64,000 bases of DNA, from assembly GCA_000406005.1 (NCBI GenBank), contig ASZN01000014.1, positions 11,309 to 75,308 on the forward strand, written 5' to 3'. Within the stretch, counting starts at the first letter, position 1. Every line of letters starts with the position of its first letter. Below, in pieces: positions 54,852 to 63,068 of the stretch. This DNA is from Candidatus Poribacteria bacterium WGA-3G (lineage in GTDB: Bacteria; Poribacteria; WGA-4E; WGA-3G). The position numbers and the translations under genes are program-made. The notes under the pieces are model-generated. The model saw nothing but the letters and a program-made list of their open reading frames with translations. It had not been told where the DNA came from and did not search any database.

Positions 54852-55748
54852 TTATCGCCGCGGCACGCCATGGTGTAAAGAATTTACCCATTCACCTAAC
54901 CGTTGTGGGATTGTTGTGAGCTGTGCCCGGAAAAGAAGGGGTCCAGCATCATCAGCAATCGGAACAGTCTTGAGTTGATGTGGTGCAGTCTTTAGTGTAT
55001 TCCAGCCTATATCTGTTGTACGCGCCGATCGGAATCCACCTATTTTTACGATCTCGATTTCGCGTTCTGTATAATCGCCGTTGGGGTAACTAAAATGGGA
55101 ACACTCAATTCCTAAAAGTTTTTCCAAGTCTGTTTTGCTTCCGAGGATTTCCCGTCTACATTCCGTTTCTGTACAGTGCGTCAGGATTGGATGGAACTGT
55201 GTATGGGGTTGAAAATCAACGTTGTCTCCCATCTTTTCCATTTCCTTGATATTTAGTGCCTGCCTGTCTGGATACGTTTTTTCTGGTTCAAAGTCAGTTG
55301 TCCACTTCAGGTGCGCCAATCGTTTTGCATTTGGCAGTCGCTTCAGTTTTTCTTTTTCTGCTTTGGACTGCCCTTCTATTTTGAACCAGAAATGCCGATA
55401 TGTATTGATAATCTGCGTAGAAACAAAGAGTGTCGGACGAATACGGTACTGCTTGAAAAGGTCCAAAAGTTCGATATTACCGGCGTGGCCGTCGTCGATT
55501 GTAATTATAACGCTCTTTGCCGGAATCCGTGAAAAATCCTTCTGGTAGATAGCATCAACCAAGACATCAAGTGAGATAATCGTCCAATGGCGCGAGAGAT
55601 AATTGAGGTGTTTGGCAAAGACCGTAGCCTTCGGATCGTGATACATGAGGATGGCGACTCGATTTCGGCAGAGGCGTTCCCGAATGAGAACGTGTATGCC
55701 TGCTAAACAGATTAGGATTGCCACGATATTTTTAAAAAGATTACGCAT
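54852..55748 (-). CDS. polysaccharide deacetylase (CE4)
   Basis: N-terminal TM segment, VIITIDDGHAGN, and downstream His motifs (QPHTQFHP). Confidence 0.8.
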   Translation of the reverse strand: MRNLFKNIVAILICLAGIHVLIRERLCRNRVAILMYHDPKATVFAKHLNYLSRHWTIISLDVLVDAIYQKDFSRIPAKSVIITIDDGHAGNIELLDLFKQYRIRPTLFVSTQIINTYRHFWFKIEGQSKAEKEKLKRLPNAKRLAHLKWTTDFEPEKTYPDRQALNIKEMEKMGDNVDFQPHTQFHPILTHCTETECRREILGSKTDLEKLLGIECSHFSYPNGDYTEREIEIVKIGGFRSARTTDIGWNTLKTAPHQLKTVPIADDAGPLLFRAQLTTIPQRLGEWVNSLHHGVPRR

Positions 55749-55821
55749 CAATTAGATATTCCGGTGGAACATAGAATTCAGAAGTGTTAACCTGCTTTAA
55801 AATCGCATCCGACAAACCTTA

Positions 55822-56739
55822 CTATCTTGGCAATTCGGCGAGGAGTGTCGGATATGGAAAACCTGCATCGGCGATCTCGGCATCCACAAACGGTTCATAA
55901 AGGACGGTGCCTATCTGTTTCGCAATCAAACCTGGATCGCCGCCATCTATGATGGTATCCATTATTTCAATGGGGTCTGCACTGCCCCACCAGTTGTTCG
56001 GTATCGTAAAATCGAATTTTACATTTAACCTCAGGGCGAAAACGTTTGCATTCAGGTTGTTATGTTGAATGATAGACTGTACATTTTCAGAGAAGATACC
56101 TGTCTCATTTTTCGTGATCTTATTTTTCTGAATACGGGGAAGCGTCTGACGTCCGATCGTGCTAATTCCGGTGTTGTTGTCAAGAATATCGTTGTGATAG
56201 ATGTGCGCATCACTCCCATCCAAAGCGATACCGGTTTCATTGAGGCGGAGCGTGCATTCTGCTATCGTTGGTGATGTTGTCTTAATGTCCAGAGCGATTG
56301 TAGCATATTGTATAACAGCACCTCTGATAAAACTCTCCAGATCGTGTGTGTGGTCAAAGAAAATACCGTTCCAATCGCCGGGTGCCGGTCCGATATTGTC
56401 GGATGTGAGATGTACGAGTTGGGTTACCTGCTCTTGTGTTAGAGGTGTTCCAATCTTTAGGATACCTTGGACGGTGATGCGTGCCTCTCTCCCAAATTTA
56501 ACGGTGGTTCCCGGTGAAATATTGAGGGTTATATCCTTTGGAATCTCCAATGAGCCGTGGACAATGTACGTCTTCTCGGGTTCCCATGTTTCATCTTCGA
56601 TGAGTCGGTAGTCTTCAAGTACGATCTCGGTGCCATCTTCGGATGGGAGATGATTGATGGTATCTGGCGTTGTACACCCCGTGCCTAATGCTAAACTTAG
56701 GTAAAAAAGTAAGAAGCAGTGTATGAATCGAATTTTCAT
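55822..56739 (-). CDS. right-handed parallel beta-helix lipoprotein
   Basis: MKIRFIHCFLLFYLSLALGTG-C lipobox with ATG at 56739. Repeated N-x-I/L-x-x-N-x-x-G turns (HNDILDNNTGIS, NKITKNETGIF). Confidence 0.6.
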   Translation of the reverse strand: MKIRFIHCFLLFYLSLALGTGCTTPDTINHLPSEDGTEIVLEDYRLIEDETWEPEKTYIVHGSLEIPKDITLNISPGTTVKFGREARITVQGILKIGTPLTQEQVTQLVHLTSDNIGPAPGDWNGIFFDHTHDLESFIRGAVIQYATIALDIKTTSPTIAECTLRLNETGIALDGSDAHIYHNDILDNNTGISTIGRQTLPRIQKNKITKNETGIFSENVQSIIQHNNLNANVFALRLNVKFDFTIPNNWWGSADPIEIMDTIIDGGDPGLIAKQIGTVLYEPFVDAEIADAGFPYPTLLAELPR

Positions 56740-56872
56740 TGTTCGTCTATTTTTTTCCAATAAATTTCTTATTTTATAGCGTTTGTTGCGATTGGCGGAA
56801 ATTTGCATCAAAAAATTTGGATACATAGGTCAATTTTATAGTAAAGTTTAGAATTAATTGGGCACTCTCAAA

Positions 56873-56926
56873 CAGTCTGAATACCTACAACAGGCATTCA
56901 GACTGGCACAAACTGGAAGTTTGTGC
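56873..56926 (-). terminator. two adjacent perfect hairpins after pnkp
   Basis: CAGTCTGAAT / ATTCAGACTG (56873-56905) and GCACAAACT-gga-AGTTTGTGC (56906-56926). On the minus strand UUUGAG follows. Confidence 0.45.
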
Positions 56927-56973
56927 TACAAATGTGTCTATTTATTTTTAGGATTCACTATAATGACAACACT

Positions 56974-59571
56974 TCAAAGTCTTGGATCGACTGCCTCGCT
57001 CTCGAGTGATAGGATTCCGAAAACACACTCATGAACATGGGATAGCGGTTCACGATGCACGAAACGTTCAAGTGCTTCAACACCTAATGCGAACTCTCGA
57101 AGTGCAAGGGAACGTTTGTGAGAGAGTCCGCGGGAACGGAGACGTGCTAAGTTTTGAGACAACGTATATTCAGGTCCGTAGATTATCCGGAGGTACTCAC
57201 GCCCTCGGCACTTCACTGCGGGTTGTACCAATCCTCGCTTGCCTTGAACAATAAAATCCAGGGGTTTGATGACTATGCCTTCGCCTCCTTGCTCGGTGAG
57301 TTCATCCCATCGGGAGATCGCCTCAGTTTGGCTTTTGTCGTCAGTCACATCAACTACACCGTAGGAGGTTGGGAACAATAGGTTGTTGTCGGAATTTTGA
57401 CAGAGTTTGCTGAGCATTTCCATGTGCCACAGATGGTCTTTGTCGAAGTACACAGCGCCTTCGGTTGCGAGTAGATGAAATGGTGCGAGTTTTAGGTCTC
57501 CGACAGATTCGACGTTCCAACAGTATTGCTGATAAGCCTTGATATACTCGGTCACTGCTGCTGCGCGTTGGCGATAATCATTTAATATAACTTCTACCTC
57601 AACACCGCGTTCGGCAGCAGTTTCTAAGGATGCCACCGCTTCTCCGAGCGCAACACTTGCCGATGTACCTACTGGGGCGTACTGCTGTTTTAACAACTCC
57701 TGTGCCTTAACTGACCACGGCATTAGTTCACAGTCGAGACAGACCCAATCTGTATTGAGGGTTTCCCAATAATTGACTTTATCTATTGCTTCTTTCACCT
57801 GTTTCAACAACTCGGTTTCAATTGCGGTATCTTCAAAGAAACGTCTACCTGTGCGTGTGTAACAGATGCCAAGCGTGTCGTCTGGGATACCAAATCGCTT
57901 TTTTGCGGTTTCTGGTTCTCGGCAAACAATAACGACAGCGCGGGACCCCATGTGTTTTTCTTCCCAAATGAGCTTGGATACACCCTGTTTACGATAATAA
58001 GTGAATGCCTCGGTTGGATGTTCGAGCATCCCTGGTCTGTTTGTTGTTTCGGTTGGGGACATTGTCGGTGGAAGGTATATAAGCCACTTCGGATTTACAG
58101 CAAAACGGCTCATCACTTCCAATGCGTTTATTGTATTCTCTTCACGGATTGTCACATTGTGATGTAATCGTGTGTTGATAACGCGTTTTCCGAGTACATC
58201 ATCAATATTTAGGACATCGTCATACGCTTGTGTTTTGGCAGAAGATTGTTCGTCCGCTTTATCAAGAAGCGGTTTGATGGGTTGATAATACGTCTGGTGT
58301 GCGCGGATAGATACGATTTCTCTTTCAGGGTATCGTAGTGCCGTGAGTTTACCGCCGAAAACACATCCGGTATCAATGTTGATTGTTCGGTTTATCCATT
58401 GCGGTTCTGCGACTGGTGTGTGTCCATAAACGACCGTTGCGGCACCGCGATACTCGTCAGCCCAATTGACCCGAATCGGAAAACCGAATTCATCGGTTTC
58501 TCCTGTGGTTTCGCCATAGAGTGCGAATTCCCGCACGTGCCCTGATGCTCTACCCTGTAATTCTGCCTTCATTCCGGCATGTGCAATGACCAGATTTCCA
58601 CTATCAAGGACGTAGTGGCTTACTAAATTATCTAAGAATTCTGCGACTTGCGTCTTGAATTCGGTAGATTCGTTCTCCAATTGCGCCAGCGATTCCGCTA
58701 ACCCGTGTGTTTGCTTTACGTTTCTGCCGCGAAGCGCACGCACCAGTTTTACGTCGTGATTCCCCGGCACACAGATTGCTGCGCCAGTCTTTTGCATCTG
58801 CATGACGAAGCGTAACACTTCGGGTATCTTTGGACCCCGGTCGACAAAATCGCCGACGAAAATCGCTTTTCTGCCTTGTGGTGGCTCGACAACGGTTTCA
58901 CCGTCTGGCTGCGTTGAGATTTCATAACCGAGTGCTTTGAGCAATTCAATGAGTTCATCGAAACAGCCGTGAATATCACCAATAATGTCAAAGGGTCCGT
59001 GCTCGTCCGTGCGGTTCGTCCATAAGGGTTGGCGTTCCATACGGATGGTATCAACGGCTTCGGGTGTAGACATTACATAAAGGAAGTTCCGAAAACCTTC
59101 ACGTTTGAGGCTGCGCAGTGAGCGGCGAAGTTGTTGGCTCTGTTGACGGACAACATGCGGTTTAAAATTGCGGTCTGGACGTGCCTCGTTTCTTTCTTGA
59201 CAGAGTTTCGTAGGTGTGTTGAACACAATGGCAACGGTTAAGTAGTGGTATTCGCGCGCCAGTGCAATCAAAGGTTTCCGTGCTTCGACCTGAACATTCG
59301 TTGCGTCAATGACGGTCAATTTTCCGGCAGCGAGCCGTTTTGCGGCGATGAAATGTAGCACCTCAAACGCGTCGTTGGTTGCGGTTTGGTCGGTCTCGTC
59401 GTCGGAGACAAGCCCTCGGCAGAAGTCTGATGAAAGAATCTCAGTCGGTTTAAAATGCTTATGTGCAAAGGTAGACTTCCCTGAACCTGAGGGTCCAATA
59501 AGGAGGACTAGCGAAGGTTCAGGAATTTTTATTTTTCCGCGCGGCTCTGAATTTTGAGAAGCATTGGACAT
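56974..59571 (-). CDS. pnkp: polynucleotide kinase-phosphatase (kinase, metallophosphoesterase and ligase-like adenylyltransferase domains)
   Basis: 865 aa. P-loop LLIGPSGSGKST. Phosphoesterase motifs GDIHGC, GDFVDRG and GNHD. C-terminal EEKHMGSRAVV nucleotidyl-transferase region. Confidence 0.9.
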   Translation of the reverse strand: MSNASQNSEPRGKIKIPEPSLVLLIGPSGSGKSTFAHKHFKPTEILSSDFCRGLVSDDETDQTATNDAFEVLHFIAAKRLAAGKLTVIDATNVQVEARKPLIALAREYHYLTVAIVFNTPTKLCQERNEARPDRNFKPHVVRQQSQQLRRSLRSLKREGFRNFLYVMSTPEAVDTIRMERQPLWTNRTDEHGPFDIIGDIHGCFDELIELLKALGYEISTQPDGETVVEPPQGRKAIFVGDFVDRGPKIPEVLRFVMQMQKTGAAICVPGNHDVKLVRALRGRNVKQTHGLAESLAQLENESTEFKTQVAEFLDNLVSHYVLDSGNLVIAHAGMKAELQGRASGHVREFALYGETTGETDEFGFPIRVNWADEYRGAATVVYGHTPVAEPQWINRTINIDTGCVFGGKLTALRYPEREIVSIRAHQTYYQPIKPLLDKADEQSSAKTQAYDDVLNIDDVLGKRVINTRLHHNVTIREENTINALEVMSRFAVNPKWLIYLPPTMSPTETTNRPGMLEHPTEAFTYYRKQGVSKLIWEEKHMGSRAVVIVCREPETAKKRFGIPDDTLGICYTRTGRRFFEDTAIETELLKQVKEAIDKVNYWETLNTDWVCLDCELMPWSVKAQELLKQQYAPVGTSASVALGEAVASLETAAERGVEVEVILNDYRQRAAAVTEYIKAYQQYCWNVESVGDLKLAPFHLLATEGAVYFDKDHLWHMEMLSKLCQNSDNNLLFPTSYGVVDVTDDKSQTEAISRWDELTEQGGEGIVIKPLDFIVQGKRGLVQPAVKCRGREYLRIIYGPEYTLSQNLARLRSRGLSHKRSLALREFALGVEALERFVHREPLSHVHECVFGILSLESEAVDPRL

Positions 59572-59595
59572 TTTTATTTTCCTTGCGGTTCGTTA
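59572..59595 (-). promoter_or_regulatory. conserved leader cassette GTAACGAACCGCAAGGAAAATAAAA-ATG
   Basis: Lies within the 39-nt hen1-pnkp spacer. Confidence 0.5.
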
Positions 59596-59610
59596 CATGG
59601 GACTTCTGTT

Positions 59611-61017
59611 TTATTCATCAATTTTTCGGGTAAAGACTGCCATTTGTGTTGGCGACCCGACGTTTTCAGCCTCCGGTCCGATTGGATGGAACACAACGGT
59701 GTAGCCGAAGCGTTCAGTAACATCTATTGCCCAAGACTGAAATTCGTCGCGTGTCCACTCGAAACGATGGTCTTTGTGCCGAAATTTCCCCGCCTGCAGA
59801 TTCTCAAATTTGACGTTGTATTCTATGTTTGGTGTTGTCACCACAACCGTCCGAGGACAAGCAAACTCGAACAGGACTCGCTCAAAAACCGCGAGTCGTG
59901 GCAATTCCAAGTGTTCAATGACTTCTACCACAGCGGCGGCATCGTATCCAGTCAAGCGTTTATCTCGATACCCGAGCGATCCTTGGAACAAGCGAATCCG
60001 TTTTTTTTCTTTCTCTGCTAACCTGTCATAATGGAGTCGTTCTTGTGCGATTTTCAGGGCGCGATGTGAAACGTCCATTCCGACGATTTCTTCAAACTGC
60101 TTTTCGGCTAATAATTTACGAAGTAGTTTCCCTTCGCCACACCCCAAATCAAGAACGCGTTTCGCGCCGGACTGCCTGAGCATCTCAGTCACCGTAGTTA
60201 AACGGATATTGTTTAGACCGATCTGTCCTTCAACTTCAGTTTCTTCTTGTGCTTGCGTTGCTTCATCAGCCTCTTGTGCATCTTCTTCGCGCAATTGGGC
60301 GAGTGCCTCATGTGTAAGGTGTCGTTGATGTTTCAAGTAGCGACGGGCAATGGATTCTTGTTCTGGATGCTCAGCGAGCCAATCCTCACCATGTTTTAAG
60401 AGTTTTTCGATCTCCGCCTCACCGACCCAGTAGTGTTTCTCGTCGTCAAGTACAGGCATCAAAATGTAAAGATGCGTGAGGAGTTCGCTCAAGCGACAGG
60501 TATTCTCGAGTGCCACAGAAAAATAACGGCTTTGTCCCCAATCTGGGAAGTGTGGGTTCAACATATATTGTTCTGCTGTTACTGTATAACCGAGTGGCTC
60601 GAAAAGTTGTCGCAACAGTTTCTCTCCGCCGCGACAGGGCAAGATGGATAATTCTGCCTTTAAAGGGATCGGGGTATCAACGAGTTGTGGTCGATCTTTG
60701 CATTTGCCGGACAACGCGGTGCTAAAGACGCGCGCGACTGCGACGCTCAAAAACGAGGAAGCGACGTAAGGACGGTCGCTAACGTATTGCGCGAGGGCGA
60801 AATTTTCTGCGAACCGCCCGTGAGGACGGCGGACAAGCGCGACCGGATCGACATCAAGGAGGAGTGCTGCGGTGCATTTTTCGGTGCGTGCCTCTGGGTA
60901 GAAGACGTGTGCTTGTCCAAAAGCAAGTTCAAAGGATTGAATCCGCGCCGGATGTTTATGCAGCAGATAGCCGAGGTCTGTCGCCGGAGAATATGTGGTT
61001 GATATTGTCAATAGCAT
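59611..61017 (-). CDS. hen1: bacterial Hen1 3'-terminal RNA ribose 2'-O-methyltransferase
   Basis: N-terminal MLLTISTTYSPATDLGYLLHKHPARIQSF..AHVFYPEA..CTAALLLDVDPVALVR. SAM motif VLDLGCGEGKLL. Directly upstream of pnkp. Confidence 0.9.
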   Translation of the reverse strand: MLLTISTTYSPATDLGYLLHKHPARIQSFELAFGQAHVFYPEARTEKCTAALLLDVDPVALVRRPHGRFAENFALAQYVSDRPYVASSFLSVAVARVFSTALSGKCKDRPQLVDTPIPLKAELSILPCRGGEKLLRQLFEPLGYTVTAEQYMLNPHFPDWGQSRYFSVALENTCRLSELLTHLYILMPVLDDEKHYWVGEAEIEKLLKHGEDWLAEHPEQESIARRYLKHQRHLTHEALAQLREEDAQEADEATQAQEETEVEGQIGLNNIRLTTVTEMLRQSGAKRVLDLGCGEGKLLRKLLAEKQFEEIVGMDVSHRALKIAQERLHYDRLAEKEKKRIRLFQGSLGYRDKRLTGYDAAAVVEVIEHLELPRLAVFERVLFEFACPRTVVVTTPNIEYNVKFENLQAGKFRHKDHRFEWTRDEFQSWAIDVTERFGYTVVFHPIGPEAENVGSPTQMAVFTRKIDE

Positions 61018-61026
61018 AACAATTAG

Positions 61027-61056
61027 CCGTCAGTGGTCAGCCATCAGCGGTCAGCA
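61027..61056. repeat. heptamer tract (GTCAGNN x4) abutting the hen1 start region
   Basis: Sequence reads ccGTCAGTGGTCAGCCATCAGCGGTCAGCA. Confidence 0.5.
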
Positions 61057-61116
61057 TAGGATTTTTCAAGATAATACCCATGCTGAAGGAAGGTAGTTTT
61101 GCAGTGTTTGGGCAAT

Positions 61117-61189
61117 TGTGACGTTTAATGTGACGTTTTAAACGTCACAGTGACGTGCATAAGTCAAGTGACACGCGGGAATGTGACGT
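61117..61189. promoter_or_regulatory. array of six TGTGACG(T)-type boxes, including a 21-bp palindrome
   Basis: Boxes lie at 61117-24, 61129-36, 61142-49 (inverted), 61149-56, 61167-74 (variant) and 61182-89. The palindrome TGTGACGTTTTAAACGTCACA lies at 61129-61149. Confidence 0.45.
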
Positions 61190-61572
61190 GATTTTCGTTT
61201 TTTCGATTTAGACTTATCCGTTCTATTTGATTTTTGCTGGGTGTTTTATCCTATGTTTTGAAATATACCAAAAACAGATTTTTTCTGCCGAAAAGATACC
61301 AAAGCAAATGTAATATTTGGGTTGCTACGGATTTTATGCAAGATATTTTCAAACTTATTTTTAGTATAGTATAATTATACTATTTTTTCGCGCGGGTGTC
61401 AAATCTTTTTTCGGTTTTAAGAAATTATCGGGTTGTCCTTTTTTCACTCTGGGCATCAGTTAGCAAAATTTGTTTTAAACCCTAAAAAGCAGTATAATAG
61501 AACCAATCTTTCTTGTCCAACACATTGCACGAAAAAATATGATTGAAATCTTTCTCGGAGGACGTTGTAAAA

Positions 61573-63054
61573 ATGGCAGATTTTGATTCCTTTTCATACA
61601 CACCGGTATATCCGGGTCCGAACGCTGACGTGCTTGAAGCACAAGCACGGATTTGCACGGGTCCACATCAGACGCGCCCTTTAGGTGTAAGCGCGTCGGA
61701 TTTTCCGCAACCGGAACCGATTCTTGAAACACTCTTAAAATCTGCGACGGGCGAATTACCGGCATCAGATGCGGCATCGGCGGCGCAAATGGGTGCGTTT
61801 TTCGCGGCGATGACACTCCGTGCTTATTTCCCAGAAGCGACACAGTGGAGTCCGGCAGAAAAAGCGGCGTTTCAGAAATACCGTTCGGCACTCATGGCGC
61901 AACTCCCGTCGGAAATCCAGTATCTCATGGAGCCAGAGCGAGGCTATGTCCCTGCGAACCCGACAGAGGCGGTTGTCGTGAAGGCGTTAGAGAAGATTTT
62001 ACGGGCAAAACATCTCAGTTACGCCGAGACCCGCGAGATGTGTGAAGCGATTCTGAGCGATGCTGTGAGTCCGGCACTCAAGGGTGCTGCACTTATCGGA
62101 CAACGGATGAACCGTGAGACCTACCAAGAGGTGAGAGGCTATCTTGATGCGTTTTATGGACCGGAAGCGGTTCAACCGATCGATGTGCCGACGTTAACAC
62201 ATTTTGGGCAGCCTTATGACGGTGCGACGCGCTATTTCCGTCCGACGCTATTTGTCGCTGCAGTGCGTGCCGCGCTTGGGGAGGCATCACTTCTCCATAG
62301 TGTCGACGCAATGCCGCCGAAGAACGGTGTGACAGAGGAGACCATTTTAAAAGCACTCGGTGCGAACACACAATTGTCGCTTACACAGACGGCTTCCTTG
62401 ATTACGGACGCATCGGTCGGATTTGGGTATATCAGTCAGCGTGAATATTGTCGCGATGCATACGATTTGCGGGAATTGCGGGTGCATATCATGAAACGTC
62501 CGCCGTGGGCTGCGACGGAGAAGGCGCAGCAGTTTTTCTCGGCGCGGGAGGCGAACTATATGGTGCTTGGATATTACCATATCGGTTATGAGAAACCACT
62601 TCTGCAATTGGCGTGGGAACGTGGGGTTGATGCTGCGGTTGCTATCAAAGGCGAGGAGGGGATGAGTCATTATTCGCTCCGTCTCGGTAAACCCTCTACG
62701 AGCGACAGGATGGCGGTCAACTATTCGCAAGGCTTCCGTCGTGTGAATGATACGCGCGAAGATTTCGCGCTGGATATAGACCCGAAAGTTTACGGATTCG
62801 ACTATGTGCACAGTCCACGTCCAGAGGTTGTGAGTGCGGAAGCGTTTGCGGAATTAGGCGTGGCGGCACTATCGGGTGAAAAGGGAGTTATTTACGACAG
62901 GATTCTATTGAACACCGCAATAGTAGACTCCCTGTTAGGGATCTGTCCTGAACCTGAAGCGGCACTTGCCCGGACGCGATCGGTCATGGACAATGGTCAG
63001 GCATTGGCGCGTTTGCAGGCGTACATAGCCGAAAGCCGAGAGTCATCTTGCTGA
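61573..63054 (+). CDS. divergent anthranilate phosphoribosyltransferase-like (glycosyl transferase family 3 fold) protein
   Basis: ATG at 61573 behind GGAGGA. The layout parallels TrpD (..QMGAFFAAMTLR.., LSYAETREMCEAIL, HFGQPYDGATRYFRPTLFVAAVRAALG, ..KNGVTEETILKALG), but GTGGDG is replaced by GQPYDG. Confidence 0.4.
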   Translation: MADFDSFSYTPVYPGPNADVLEAQARICTGPHQTRPLGVSASDFPQPEPILETLLKSATGELPASDAASAAQMGAFFAAMTLRAYFPEATQWSPAEKAAFQKYRSALMAQLPSEIQYLMEPERGYVPANPTEAVVVKALEKILRAKHLSYAETREMCEAILSDAVSPALKGAALIGQRMNRETYQEVRGYLDAFYGPEAVQPIDVPTLTHFGQPYDGATRYFRPTLFVAAVRAALGEASLLHSVDAMPPKNGVTEETILKALGANTQLSLTQTASLITDASVGFGYISQREYCRDAYDLRELRVHIMKRPPWAATEKAQQFFSAREANYMVLGYYHIGYEKPLLQLAWERGVDAAVAIKGEEGMSHYSLRLGKPSTSDRMAVNYSQGFRRVNDTREDFALDIDPKVYGFDYVHSPRPEVVSAEAFAELGVAALSGEKGVIYDRILLNTAIVDSLLGICPEPEAALARTRSVMDNGQALARLQAYIAESRESSC

Positions 63055-63068
63055 AAGCCGAGAGCCAA

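Noticed and set aside
61129-61149. The TGTGA...TCACA palindrome as a CRP/FNR-family site.
   Set aside because: The half-site spacing is 11 nt rather than the canonical 6 nt (TGTGA-N6-TCACA), and the conserved unit is the longer TGTGACGT.
61451-61467. A weak sigma-54-like GG-N10-GC element (CTGGGCATCAGTTAGCA) upstream of the TrpD-like gene.
   Set aside because: Only the GG/GC dinucleotides fit and the flanking consensus is poor. A sigma-70-like TTGTTT-17-TATAAT lies closer to the gene.
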